In this document: piece after piece, positions 9,858 to 19,164 of the stretch
How positions within the stretch are numbered: the stretch's first letter is position 1
Layout of the letters: each line of letters opens with the position of its first letter
Assembly (NCBI GenBank): GCA_009782215.1
Contig: WRKO01000003.1
Location: 66,514-130,513 of the forward strand
Length of the DNA stretch: 64,000 nucleotides
Direction of reading: 5' to 3'
Origin: Oscillospiraceae bacterium
Lineage (GTDB): Bacteria; Bacillota; Clostridia; Oscillospirales; UBA929
Notes under the pieces: generated by a model
The model's input: the letters and a program-made list of their open reading frames with translations, nothing else
Told to the model about the DNA's origin: nothing
Database searches by the model: none
Program-made: the position numbers and the translations under genes

Positions 9858-11066
9858 ATGAAAAAATCAACGAAAAAAACCATGCTTGCGTTCGCGCTCA
9901 CCTTTGTATTGCTTGCCGTGTTCCTGCCCGTTTTCCCGGCGATGGCCGCCGACTACACCGCGACCCTGATGGGCCAGCTTGACGCCGACGTCAGTACATC
10001 CGTGGACGAATGGGGTCTCGGAGACCTTCCCAGCGCCTCGGTGAGCTTCAGTCTCGGCGCGGAAGCCACCATTGTCATGGAATTTGACGAGCCGATTAAG
10101 TTCACCGGAAACTGGACGGGCATCTCGACCGACATTCCCGTGGCGGACGACGCCGAAGCCGAAGCCTTTTTGGGCGGCATCATTTCTTTCAAGGTTGACG
10201 GCGTGGAGCTGGGTTCCAGAGAAGTGCCTATGGTTAACCGCGACGGCGGCGGGTTCCTGACCATTGACGTCGCCCGTCAGTGGGGCGGAAATTATGACGC
10301 CTACGATCTCGCCGGCATGGCGCCGTTTTCCAAGCTGGAAATCACCTTCCTGCTGGGCGACGAGGTCAACTTTGACGCCGACGGCGGCAGCGCCGCGCCC
10401 CCGGCAGCCGTTACCGGCGGCTACGCTTGGATTGGCGGGACATTTTTGACCGAGGAAGGCGACTTTGACTGGGTTCCCTTCGAGGATCAAAAGGTCGCTT
10501 TTGAGCTTGGCGTGCCGTTTACCGTGACGCTTGATTTCGGCAGCGGGACGAACACCCACGGCGAGGCAAGCTGGGGCTACATCACTGTTGTGCAGACCGA
10601 CATGATGGCAAGCGCCTCCGAATTCTCGGCGTACATTGACAGCATCATTGTAGACGGCAGAAGCATTAACTTCTATGAAGAAAACATTGAAGTCGGGTTT
10701 GACGGCGGCGTGAGGATTTCGCTGACCAACGCTTGGTCGGACGACCCCGTGGTCGCGTCCCCCGCCATCATCGGTGAATTTTCTAAAATGGAAGTCACCA
10801 TGGCCTTTATGGCCTCTGACGCGGACGCGCCCATATTCCCCGCCGCGCCGCCGCCTGTAGACGTAGACCCGGAGCCCGGAGCCGACACGGATAACGTGGC
10901 CGGCCGTGATGATACTGCGGCTCTCGAGATTGCCCCCGACGTTTCGTTCCGCGAAGAACCGGATAGCGGCGGATTGCCGGGCTGGCTGATTGCCCTGATT
11001 ATCGCGGGCGGCGCAGTCATCATCGCTGTAGTGGTCGTCGTTGTGATGAAAGGCAAAAAGAAATAA
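9858..11066 (+). CDS. secreted, C-terminally membrane-anchored protein with two CBM-like modules
   Basis: ATG at 9858 after AAGGAGG. Signal peptide MKKSTKKTMLAFALTFVLLAVFLPVFPAMA. Two similar beta-rich modules. C-terminal TM helix plus KGKKK. A related module forms the C-terminus of the adjacent GH5. Confidence 0.7.
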   Translation: MKKSTKKTMLAFALTFVLLAVFLPVFPAMAADYTATLMGQLDADVSTSVDEWGLGDLPSASVSFSLGAEATIVMEFDEPIKFTGNWTGISTDIPVADDAEAEAFLGGIISFKVDGVELGSREVPMVNRDGGGFLTIDVARQWGGNYDAYDLAGMAPFSKLEITFLLGDEVNFDADGGSAAPPAAVTGGYAWIGGTFLTEEGDFDWVPFEDQKVAFELGVPFTVTLDFGSGTNTHGEASWGYITVVQTDMMASASEFSAYIDSIIVDGRSINFYEENIEVGFDGGVRISLTNAWSDDPVVASPAIIGEFSKMEVTMAFMASDADAPIFPAAPPPVDVDPEPGADTDNVAGRDDTAALEIAPDVSFREEPDSGGLPGWLIALIIAGGAVIIAVVVVVVMKGKKK

Positions 11067-11114
11067 TCTGACACGCGCTCCCCCTCGCGGCAACTCCGCC
11101 GGGGGGAGCGCTGC

Positions 11115-12989
11115 ATGAAAGTGGAGGACTTCAAAATGGCGTTATCCCGCAGAATTTTAGCTATGGTGATTGTACTTATGATGATACTTGCCTCGCTCGC
11201 CTCCTGCGCGGAGCCGGAGGCTCCGTTCTCCGACGCCCCTTCCGCTGACGAAGGGCCGTCCGAATCCCCTGCCGGACCCGGACCCGTGGATCCGCCGGAG
11301 GGCGTGACCTCCTTGGAGATGGCCCGGCTGATGGGCTACGGCATCAATCTCGGCAACACCATGGAAGCGTGTGACGCCAGAAACCGCATCCCCAACCGCG
11401 CCCCCTCCGTATACGAGCAGATGTGGGGCAACCCCATCACCACGCAGGAAATGGTCACCGGCATGAGAGACGCCGGGTTCAAAACCCTGCGCGTCCCGGT
11501 GGCGTGGAGCAACGCTATGGCGTTCGCGGTCAACAACGAGCAGGACTACGAAAACTGGGACTATACCATCGACCAAGCGTACCTTGACCGCGTGGAGGAG
11601 ATTGTCAACTACGCGCTGAACGAGGATATGTTTGTCATCATCAACGCCCACTGGGATCACGGCTGGTGGAGCATGTTCGGGCACCCGGAGCAAGAGGCGC
11701 GCGACGTCGCGATGGAGATTTTCACCTCGATGTGGACGCAGATTGCCGGACACTTTGAGGGTTACGACGAGCGCTTGATTTTTGAGCCTTCCAACGAGGA
11801 ATGGGGGAACCGTTTCAACGACACGACGCCGTTCAGCCCGACCGGCGGCGTTTTGAACATGAACGAGCGCTATGAGCTGCTGACCGAGCTGTCGCAGGTG
11901 TTTGTTGACCTAATCCGCTCAAGCGGCGGCCATAACCCTGATCGCTTCCTGCTGATGAAGGGCTTCAACACCGACGTGGAACGAACGGTGGACAGCCGTT
12001 TCAGAATGCCCGAAGACCCGAGGAGCAGGCTGATGCTCTCGGTGCATTACTACACGCCGTGGAGCTACTGCGGCGACACCTCGGGCGTGGGGACTTGGGG
12101 CAGGACGGGCGAGGTGGAGGAAATGAACCGCCTTCTCGGCTCGCTGACCCAGTTCACCGACATGGGTTACGGCGTCGTTTTGGGTGAATGGGGCGTTCTC
12201 GACAACGAGGGCGACGACCGGCTGAACTTTTTCACCAATTTTTTAGACAACTGCGACCTCTACGGATTCGCGCCCATTCTCTGGGATACGGGATATGACC
12301 CCATACACGGCCGCCTGTTTAACAGGCGCGCGGGGGAGGTTCACACCATCGTCGCGCCGGAGCTTTTGGCGCTGTTTCAAAGCAGGGACGTGAGCGTCCG
12401 CGCCGGACTGTCGGCGGAGGACATCATGGCCGCGGCGCGGGACAACATGGCGGTGACGATGGAAATGGCCATCAACCGGCCCGAAACCGTCATCTCCGCC
12501 GACGAGGCGTTTGCGTGGATTATGTTCACAGGCGGCAACTGGTTCCCGCAATACAGCGCCGGAGACAGATACCAGCCGGAAAATATCTCGGCGGGGCTGG
12601 TTCCCACCGACGTTGAGATTACCGGCCCGGGAACGTATACGGTAGCGCTTGATTTCACCGGGCTGCCGACCGGCTACTCCAACGGCTTTGAATTCGCCGC
12701 CATCGGCATCATTAACGGTGAGATTCTCTTCCCCGGCTACTACATACACATCACCTCCCTGCTGATTAACGGCGAGGAGGCGGAGTTTGCCGGCCTTCCG
12801 TACACGACCAACGACAACCCGGTCACCACGCGGGTCAACCTCTACAACGATTGGGTCGGAGGCGCCGCGCCGCCGGACGCGAGGGTCTACAACGGAACCG
12901 CCGCCGAAGCGTCGCCCACCTTTCTGGAGAACTACAGGCTTACACGCATTGCAACCTTGGAGATAACCTTTGAGTATATAGCGCCCTAA
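11115..12989 (+). CDS. glycoside hydrolase family 5 lipoprotein
   Basis: Lipobox LASLASC. GH5 motifs GINLGNTMEA, LRVPVAW, IINAHWD, FEPSNEE (acid/base Glu), HYYTPW, GEWG (nucleophile Glu). Alternative start at 11136. Confidence 0.85.
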   Translation: MKVEDFKMALSRRILAMVIVLMMILASLASCAEPEAPFSDAPSADEGPSESPAGPGPVDPPEGVTSLEMARLMGYGINLGNTMEACDARNRIPNRAPSVYEQMWGNPITTQEMVTGMRDAGFKTLRVPVAWSNAMAFAVNNEQDYENWDYTIDQAYLDRVEEIVNYALNEDMFVIINAHWDHGWWSMFGHPEQEARDVAMEIFTSMWTQIAGHFEGYDERLIFEPSNEEWGNRFNDTTPFSPTGGVLNMNERYELLTELSQVFVDLIRSSGGHNPDRFLLMKGFNTDVERTVDSRFRMPEDPRSRLMLSVHYYTPWSYCGDTSGVGTWGRTGEVEEMNRLLGSLTQFTDMGYGVVLGEWGVLDNEGDDRLNFFTNFLDNCDLYGFAPILWDTGYDPIHGRLFNRRAGEVHTIVAPELLALFQSRDVSVRAGLSAEDIMAAARDNMAVTMEMAINRPETVISADEAFAWIMFTGGNWFPQYSAGDRYQPENISAGLVPTDVEITGPGTYTVALDFTGLPTGYSNGFEFAAIGIINGEILFPGYYIHITSLLINGEEAEFAGLPYTTNDNPVTTRVNLYNDWVGGAAPPDARVYNGTAAEASPTFLENYRLTRIATLEITFEYIAP

Positions 12990-13009
12990 TTTGATTGGGA
13001 GTGTGTAAA

Positions 13010-14455
13010 GTGCTAAAACGGTTTCCCCGCGACAGGGTGGCGATGATTGCCCTGCGGGTATGCATTGTCGTTACATTCACCGCGGCGTTTGTCCCCAGCG
13101 TCAATCCGGCGCGGGTCGCGGGGCTTATCAACAAAAACGTCTCGCTGTTCACCAACATGATTTCCACCGCCTCCATCACCTCCGGCTTCGGGCGGGCGTT
13201 GAATCAGGGGTGGGTGGAGCCGACCACGCTGGGGCTGATTTTCATCGGCGCGCTCGTCTGCGGACTGGGCATCGCGTTGCTGGGCGCGGCGTTCTGCCTG
13301 AGTCTCGGAAACATGAAATTGCAGCGGCTGGGGCTGATGTTTGTCCTCGGCGCGGCGCTGGCCGGATTCACCGGAACCACAATCCTCCGCTCGGCCTACA
13401 GCCTGCTCTATGATTCGCCGCGCGTTGACATGATTCAGCCCATGATGCCGGTGGGGAACATGGTTTTCTACATCCTGTTCTCCGTGACGCTGCTGGCCGC
13501 GGCCGCGGCTTGGTTCGTCCTGCCCAAACCGAAGCCGGGCGAAAAGTATTCGATTGCCCCTAAATACAGGCTGTTCCTTATGATTCTCCCCTTCTTGGTG
13601 CTGGTGGGGCTGTTTGCCTATCTGCCGCTGTGGGGATGGCGTTATGCCTTTTTTGATTACCGTCCGGGCTTTGACCTGACGATGGATGATTTTGTGGGCT
13701 TCCAGTGGCTGCGTTACCTCTTTGAAAACCCCGCCACCCGCCGCCACATCGGCAAAGTCTTGACCAACACCCTAGCGATGAGCGGCATCGGCATCGCCAC
13801 ATCATGGCTGCCGATGGTGTTTGCCATTTTCCTCTCCGAAATGCGTTCCGGCTCGTTTAAGAGGAGCGTCCAGACGCTGACCACCGTTCCGAACTTTATA
13901 AGCTGGGTGCTGGTATACAGCGTGGCGTTCGCCATCTTCTCCACCGAAGGGTTTCTCAACTGGATGCTGGTGGGCATCGGCGTGATTGAGGAGGGCACCA
14001 ACTGGCTGATGAGCGGCTCGAACATCTGGCTGAAGATGTGGGCATGGGGGACATGGAAGGGTCTCGGCTGGGGCGCCATCATTTACATCGCCGCCATCTC
14101 CAGCATCGACCAGCAGCTTTATGAGGCGGCGACGGTGGACGGCGCGGGGCGGTTTAAGCGGATGTGGCATGTCACCGTGCCGGGGCTGCTCAGCACCTAT
14201 TTTGTTCTGCTGCTGCTCGGCATCGCCAACATCCTCAGCAACGGCTTGGAGCAGTATTTGGTCTTTTATAATCCCAGAACCGCCGCCAGCATTGAGGTGC
14301 TGGATTTATTCGTCTATCATTTGGGACTGACGCGGGACGGCGGCAACATTCCTCTGGCAACGCTGATTGGCGTGCTGAAATCCGTCATCAGCGTGACTCT
14401 GCTGTTCTGCGCGAACAGAGCGTCAAAGTGGTTAAGGGGTGAAAGCATTGTATAA
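13010..14455 (+). CDS. carbohydrate ABC transporter permease (LplB/MalF-like) with an extra N-terminal membrane domain
   Basis: The canonical permease core starts near KYRLFLMILPFLVLVGLFAYLPLWGW and includes the EAA-type loop (YEAATVDGAGRFKRMWHVTVP). About 180 additional N-terminal residues carry four hydrophobic helices. Start GTG 13010 (GGGAG upstream) or TTG 12995. Confidence 0.8.
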   Translation: MLKRFPRDRVAMIALRVCIVVTFTAAFVPSVNPARVAGLINKNVSLFTNMISTASITSGFGRALNQGWVEPTTLGLIFIGALVCGLGIALLGAAFCLSLGNMKLQRLGLMFVLGAALAGFTGTTILRSAYSLLYDSPRVDMIQPMMPVGNMVFYILFSVTLLAAAAAWFVLPKPKPGEKYSIAPKYRLFLMILPFLVLVGLFAYLPLWGWRYAFFDYRPGFDLTMDDFVGFQWLRYLFENPATRRHIGKVLTNTLAMSGIGIATSWLPMVFAIFLSEMRSGSFKRSVQTLTTVPNFISWVLVYSVAFAIFSTEGFLNWMLVGIGVIEEGTNWLMSGSNIWLKMWAWGTWKGLGWGAIIYIAAISSIDQQLYEAATVDGAGRFKRMWHVTVPGLLSTYFVLLLLGIANILSNGLEQYLVFYNPRTAASIEVLDLFVYHLGLTRDGGNIPLATLIGVLKSVISVTLLFCANRASKWLRGESIV

Positions 14456-15371
14456 AGAGGGACGAATTTTGAAGCATATGCACAAACAGACCTTCGGCGA
14501 CCATCTGTTTCATTTTCTCAACAGCGTGTTTTTCACCCTGTTCACCCTGCTATGCGTTTTCCCGTTTTACTATCTCTTCATCAACACCATCAGCGACAAC
14601 AGGCTGGTGGGGGCCGGACAAATCAACTTTTTGCCGCAGGGAATCCACCTTGACAACTATTTGAGGGTTTTCAACGTCCCCGACATGGGCCAGTCGCTTT
14701 TCATCACCACCGCGCGGACTCTTCTCGGAACCGTTTTGATGGTGCTGGCGTCCGGCTTGGTGGGCTATTTGGTCACGCAGAAGAATATGTACGGGCGGAA
14801 AATCATCTATCGCTTCATCATCATCACCATGTATTTCAACGCGGGGCTGATTCCGTGGTTTCTCAACATGACCATGCTGGGGCTGACCAACAGCTTTTGG
14901 GGATACATCATCCCCGCCGTTGTGCAGCCGTTCAACATCATTCTGACCAAGACCTACATTGAGTCCATCCCGGGGGAGCTGGAGGAAAGCGCCTTTATTG
15001 ACGGCGCGGGGTATCTGACCGTTTTCAGCAGAATCATTTTGCCGCTGTCCAAGCCGATTTTGGCGACCATCGCCGTGTTCGGCGCGGTGGGACACTGGAA
15101 TTCGCTGATGGACTCGATGATTCTGATGCTGAGCGAGCCTAAGCTGTATACCTTGCAGCACCGCCTTTGGATTTACCTGAACACCAGCTCCGACATCCAA
15201 AAGGTCATGGATCAGGGAAGGGTTACCGCCAGTGACTTATCCCGGCTGCTCAACAACCGCGTCATCTCGCTGACCGTCGCTATGGTCAGCATCATCCCCA
15301 TTTTACTGGTTTACCCGTTCATGCAGCGGTATTTCCAAAAGGGCCTTATGCTCGGAGCGGTCAAAGGCTAA
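14439..15371 (+). CDS. carbohydrate ABC transporter permease (LplC/MalG-like)
   Basis: 310 aa with six TM segments and the EAA loop ESAFIDGAGYLTVFSRIILPLSKP. Overlaps the upstream permease gene. Confidence 0.85.
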   Translation: MKALYKEGRILKHMHKQTFGDHLFHFLNSVFFTLFTLLCVFPFYYLFINTISDNRLVGAGQINFLPQGIHLDNYLRVFNVPDMGQSLFITTARTLLGTVLMVLASGLVGYLVTQKNMYGRKIIYRFIIITMYFNAGLIPWFLNMTMLGLTNSFWGYIIPAVVQPFNIILTKTYIESIPGELEESAFIDGAGYLTVFSRIILPLSKPILATIAVFGAVGHWNSLMDSMILMLSEPKLYTLQHRLWIYLNTSSDIQKVMDQGRVTASDLSRLLNNRVISLTVAMVSIIPILLVYPFMQRYFQKGLMLGAVKG

Positions 15372-15412
15372 GGGCATTTACGCATACTCAAATCAAAACA
15401 GGAGGTTTCATT

Positions 15413-17167
15413 ATGAGCATCAAAAAGTGGTTCGCGTTATTCTTGGCAGCCGTTCTGCTCATCGCCCTTTCATCGGCGTGCGCGCTGGGCGGCGGAGGTG
15501 GAGGCGGCGGAGGCGACCCCGGCGGAGCCGACCCCAGCGGCGACCCCGGAGGCTCTCCCGGCGGTTCGGGCGGCCCCGTCGATTTGGTCATCTACTCGCA
15601 GCTTGCCAACTTTTCCGGCGTGCAAGCCGGATGGGCGGCTCAGATTCTCAAGGAGAAATTCAATGTCACCGTTTCCATCATCCCCGAGGCGGACGGCGCT
15701 TTCGCGACGCGCATGGAAGCCGGGTTCTTGGGCGACATCATTCTCTTTGGCGGCAGCGGGCGGCAGTACCGCGACGCTGTGAACGCCGGGATGCTGTTTG
15801 ACTGGGAAGAGGACGGCTTGGTGCAGACCCACGGACCGTATATCTGGGAGCATATGCAGTTCGCGCTGGGCAAAAACCGCGATTTGAACGACGGCAAGCT
15901 ATACGGCTTCGGGCATAATGTGGCCGGCAGCGCGGACGACCATCAGGATTTCTTCTATTACCCCTACCTCCGCTGGGATTTGTATCAGCAGTTGGGCTAT
16001 CCCCGAATCCAAACACTGGAGGACTACATCCCCGTAATCGAAGCTATGGTGGCGCTGGAGCCGCAGAACCAGTTCGGCAACAGAGTCTACGGCGTCTCTT
16101 TCTTCCCCCAATGGGACGGAGACATGGTGATGATGGTCAAATCCACCGGGGCGCTGTATGGCTACGATGAATTCGGTTTCGGGCTGTATGACACCAGAAC
16201 GCAGACCTACCAGCCGATTTTTGAGGACGGCAGCATGTATCTCCGCGCACTCAGTTTTTACAACCAGCTCTTCCAGCGGGGTCTTGTGGATCCCGACTCG
16301 ATGACGCAGACCTTTGACGACATGAGGGAAAAATACCTCAACGGGCAGGCCATGTTCAACATCTTTAGCTGGATGGCCGACCCCTTCAACACCGAGGAGA
16401 ATATGGCGGCCGGCAAGGCCATGATGTGCGTGGCGGCCGAAGATCAGGAAAACATCGTCTACGGCCTGAACCCGTTCGGAGGCAACCGCGTGTGGGCCAT
16501 CGGCGCGCAGACGGCCTATCCCGAGCTGTGCATGGAAATCATCAACTGGCTCTGCACCCCCGAGGGCGTTCTGTCGTATAACTACGGGCCGCAAGGCGTT
16601 ACATGGGACTACGACGAAAACGGCGACACCTACATGACCGAGGCGGGGCTGTCCGCCCAAGAGGACGGCGACAACACGATGATTCAATACCTCGGCTACT
16701 CCGGCAGCTACAGGGACGGCGAGTTCCAGCACAACAACACCACATGGGTCAGGGAAGCCATCAACCCCGATTCCGCGTCCGGCGAGAGCTTCAACTGGGA
16801 AGTTTGGCAAAGCACGCTGGAAAACAGGTTCATCCACCCCATTGAGCAGTCTTGGCGCGACCACTTCGACGCTCTGCGCGCCGACGATTACCTTATCAGC
16901 AGAGGCCACCGCTCCATAGCCATCGGCTCAACCTTTGAAATGGAAAGCCGCAGTTCCGAGCTTGACGTCACTTGGCAGCAGGTATCCCTCACGATTAAAA
17001 ACGGCTCATGGGACGCCATATACGCCGCGACCGACGAGGAGTTCGACGCCATTGTCACCAAGATGATTGACGACGCCATCGCGTTCGGATATGCCGAATG
17101 TGTTGAATGGGTCGCCGGGCAGGCCCTGCTCCGCAAACAGGCGGAAGACGAAGCGATGGGACGGTAA
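15413..17167 (+). CDS. extracellular solute-binding lipoprotein (LplA-like) of the ABC importer
   Basis: Lipobox LSSAC followed by a Gly/Pro linker. The 584-aa size and sequence are typical of family-1 large sugar-binding proteins. Confidence 0.85.
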   Translation: MSIKKWFALFLAAVLLIALSSACALGGGGGGGGGDPGGADPSGDPGGSPGGSGGPVDLVIYSQLANFSGVQAGWAAQILKEKFNVTVSIIPEADGAFATRMEAGFLGDIILFGGSGRQYRDAVNAGMLFDWEEDGLVQTHGPYIWEHMQFALGKNRDLNDGKLYGFGHNVAGSADDHQDFFYYPYLRWDLYQQLGYPRIQTLEDYIPVIEAMVALEPQNQFGNRVYGVSFFPQWDGDMVMMVKSTGALYGYDEFGFGLYDTRTQTYQPIFEDGSMYLRALSFYNQLFQRGLVDPDSMTQTFDDMREKYLNGQAMFNIFSWMADPFNTEENMAAGKAMMCVAAEDQENIVYGLNPFGGNRVWAIGAQTAYPELCMEIINWLCTPEGVLSYNYGPQGVTWDYDENGDTYMTEAGLSAQEDGDNTMIQYLGYSGSYRDGEFQHNNTTWVREAINPDSASGESFNWEVWQSTLENRFIHPIEQSWRDHFDALRADDYLISRGHRSIAIGSTFEMESRSSELDVTWQQVSLTIKNGSWDAIYAATDEEFDAIVTKMIDDAIAFGYAECVEWVAGQALLRKQAEDEAMGR

Positions 17168-17172
17168 CTACT

Positions 17173-17874
17173 ATGTACAGAACACAATCTCAACGGGAGG
17201 ACATTCTCAACCTCTATGACAAGCTGCGCGTTACCGATACGCGGGACGGGCTGGACTGGATTGGCTACCACCATTACGGCAGCATGAGTCCCGATATGCG
17301 GCCGCTCTGGCGGACACGCGCCGTCGGGTTTGCCAAAACGGCCCGGTACATCCCCTATGACAAGCCCGCCCCCAATCTGACCGGGAACGCCTACACCGAA
17401 TGGTCGGGCTGGTATTACGGCAACGTCTGCATTTACCCGTGGATGACGGAGATTGAAAAGTACGATTTCCCCGTCATTGACATGTCCAACCTCGCCGTGG
17501 GGCTGATGGGCTCCAACAACACGATGGAGGGCGTCCGCGACGGCGCCGTGGGTTATGTGGCGTTCGGCGGCGTTCGGGACACCGACGAGATTATCCTGCA
17601 AAGCATCCCGTTCTGGTCAACAAAGATTGCCCAGCCGATGGATCAAGCCCGCATCCAATACGAAAGCCACAACACCAACATCAACTGCGACGGCGTCTGC
17701 GTCTGCCCCGGCGACCTCATTGTCGCCGACGGAGACGGGGTGGTGGTCGTCCCCGCCGAGCTGGCGGAAGACGTGGGCAAATGGGCGGCAAAAGAAATGA
17801 ACGCAGACCGCGCCGCGCGCCGCAGGCTGTATGTCGATTTGGGCATGGCGCTGGACGATTCGGTGCGGGATTAA
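17173..17874 (+). CDS. RraA-family protein (RraA / HMG-CHA aldolase-like)
   Basis: ATG at 17173. GGVRDTDEI and GDLIVADGDGVVVVPAELAEDV match the RraA-fold signature. Confidence 0.75.
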   Translation: MYRTQSQREDILNLYDKLRVTDTRDGLDWIGYHHYGSMSPDMRPLWRTRAVGFAKTARYIPYDKPAPNLTGNAYTEWSGWYYGNVCIYPWMTEIEKYDFPVIDMSNLAVGLMGSNNTMEGVRDGAVGYVAFGGVRDTDEIILQSIPFWSTKIAQPMDQARIQYESHNTNINCDGVCVCPGDLIVADGDGVVVVPAELAEDVGKWAAKEMNADRAARRRLYVDLGMALDDSVRD

Positions 17875-17890
17875 CGAATCAAACACAAAA

Positions 17891-17915
17891 AACAGGGCTT
17901 TCGCCCTGTTTTTTG
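17891..17915 (+). terminator. rho-independent terminator of the glycan operon
   Basis: AACAGGGC-TTTC-GCCCTGTT followed by TTTTT. Confidence 0.85.
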
Positions 17916-17918
17916 CTC

Positions 17919-17948
17919 TTGACAATAATCGTCATTATATGCTATAAT
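17919..17948 (+). promoter_or_regulatory. consensus sigma-A promoter (plus strand) firing toward the pilus operon 3' end
   Basis: TTGACA, 18 nt, TATAAT, with TGn extended -10. GAAGAACCC begins 8 nt downstream of the -10. Confidence 0.6.
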
Positions 17949-18035
17949 TTTCCTGTGAAGAACCCCTGCCGGGGCGAGCCTGCTGCCTTCTTCGTATTCT
18001 GTATCGCCGGAGCCGATGAGAGGAGGTGGATAGTT

Positions 18036-18149
18036 GTGAGTTTTGGGCAAACGGTGAAAGAGCTTCGATTACTTATAGCCGAGTTTCGGAAAATCGTTGT
18101 CATATTAGCCAACCGCCGCAAAATGAGTAGCGAAAAGCCCTCCCGATAG
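18036..18149 (+). CDS. candidate 37-codon sORF (MSFGQTVKELRLLIAEFRKIVVILANRRKMSSEKPSR)
   Basis: GTG start 5 nt after GAGAGGAGGTGGA. It lies about 80 nt downstream of the predicted TSS. Its 3' end is covered by the convergent antisense transcript. Confidence 0.3.
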   Translation: MSFGQTVKELRLLIAEFRKIVVILANRRKMSSEKPSR

Positions 18150-18217
18150 CCGCAAACTGACGGAGGGCTTACGCTTATTCGTTAGGTAGTGGGCCGCCTT
18201 TAGGCGGTGGGTTCTTC
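18131..18217 (-). ncRNA. candidate ~87-nt cis-antisense sRNA
   Basis: Own promoter (18225..18253). The 5' end is GAAGAACCC, followed by the hairpin CCGCC-TAAA-GGCGG, then the terminator AAGCCCTCC-N18-GGAGGGCTT plus TTTCG. Complementary to the 3' end of the plus-strand sORF transcript. Confidence 0.4.
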
Positions 18218-18224
18218 CATTTGT

Positions 18225-18253
18225 ATTTTACCATGTTGTGCGGGGGGTGTCAA
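18225..18253 (-). promoter_or_regulatory. near-consensus sigma-A promoter (minus strand)
   Basis: Reverse strand reads TTGACA, 17 nt, TAAAAT, with TGn. GAAGAACCC begins 7 nt downstream of the -10. Confidence 0.55.
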
Positions 18254-18270
18254 GGGGAATTTTTGTTTTT

Positions 18271-18747
18271 TTATGGAACCCCCTGCATCCCCACTGGGCG
18301 TGCGGCGTAGGTTCTCGTCACTCCAAGGATGGTCAGGGTAACGGCAGATATGCCCGCAGCTTCCTCCGCATACCCTATTTGAACCGTTTTGCCTTTGTAA
18401 TACTCTCCGGCAAACACCGGCGTTCCGTTTCGCAGGAGCAGGCCGGCGGCGGCGCCTGTCCCGATTGTATAGTGGATTTCTCTAGGGGCGCCGACGCGGG
18501 TAATGGTCAAGGTTCCGTCGTCGTCGTCCCAGTCGATATCCTCCGCGTCCTCAATGTCGTTCATTATCACCGACGACAGGGCGTTGAGCAGGTTGTTGAC
18601 CTCGGCCATGCTGTTGGCGTTGATGTAAGCGTTGTACATGGGCAGGAAGACCGCGGTGACGGCGAGCATGATGATACTCATCACCAGCATCGCCACAATC
18701 AGCTCGGTCAGCGTCACGCCTTTTTGGTTGTTCAGCCGTTTAAGCAT
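18271..18747 (-). CDS. type IV prepilin-type protein (158 aa)
   Basis: ATG at 18747 after GGAGG. Class III signal MLKRLNNQKG/VTLTELIVAMLVMSIIMLAV with Glu at +5. Confidence 0.8.
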   Translation of the reverse strand: MLKRLNNQKGVTLTELIVAMLVMSIIMLAVTAVFLPMYNAYINANSMAEVNNLLNALSSVIMNDIEDAEDIDWDDDDGTLTITRVGAPREIHYTIGTGAAAGLLLRNGTPVFAGEYYKGKTVQIGYAEEAAGISAVTLTILGVTRTYAARPVGMQGVP

Positions 18748-18757
18748 GAGGGGCCTC

Positions 18758-19123
18758 CTACGGGGTACAATCACACGGGGCGAACGCGGTAAAGCCTCCG
18801 ACATTCGCCTCTGCCACATTGACAGTAAACTCTAACTCTTCACCGCTTACCGTATCTTCAAAGGTGATGGTAACCGGCGTATGCGATGTCCCATCACATT
18901 CCGCCGCATCAGCGGAGCTTTTTCTCAGCGCTTCGTTGGCGGCGTTCTGCGTATCATTGGCTTCCTGCGTCGCGTGGCCGGTGACGCGCAGGGAGGCCAT
19001 GATAATCAGCGTGACGGCGGCCATCAGGATGGTGAAGACCATCATGCTGACGATGCCTTCCATCAGCGTCTCGCCCCGGCGGCTTTGAAGGAGCGTGAGG
19101 ATTTTTCTCATATCAGCATTCAC
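18758..19123 (-). CDS. type IV prepilin-type minor pilin (121 aa)
   Basis: ..LLQSRRG/ETLMEGIVSMMVFTILMAAVTLI. Gly-cleavage context with Glu at +5 and an unusual Glu at +1. GTG start after GGGGGAG. Confidence 0.65.
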   Translation of the reverse strand: MNADMRKILTLLQSRRGETLMEGIVSMMVFTILMAAVTLIIMASLRVTGHATQEANDTQNAANEALRKSSADAAECDGTSHTPVTITFEDTVSGEELEFTVNVAEANVGGFTAFAPCDCTP

Positions 19124-19164
19124 TCCCTATCTCCCCCGCCGAAGGCGGGGAAAAGGATAGAACA

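Noticed and set aside
17781-18035. Upstream part of the 122-aa ORF 17781..18149
   Set aside because: This part overlaps the RraA-family gene's 3' end, its terminator and a consensus promoter. Only the distal 37 codons downstream of a strong SD are considered possibly coding.
17957-18217. 6S RNA or another housekeeping ncRNA, suggested by the terminal 9-bp closing helix
   Set aside because: At about 261 nt the segment is longer than typical 6S RNAs. I could not identify a central-bubble architecture or SRP, tmRNA or RNase P motifs. The convergent promoter pair better fits a sense/antisense module. An Rfam scan should still be run.
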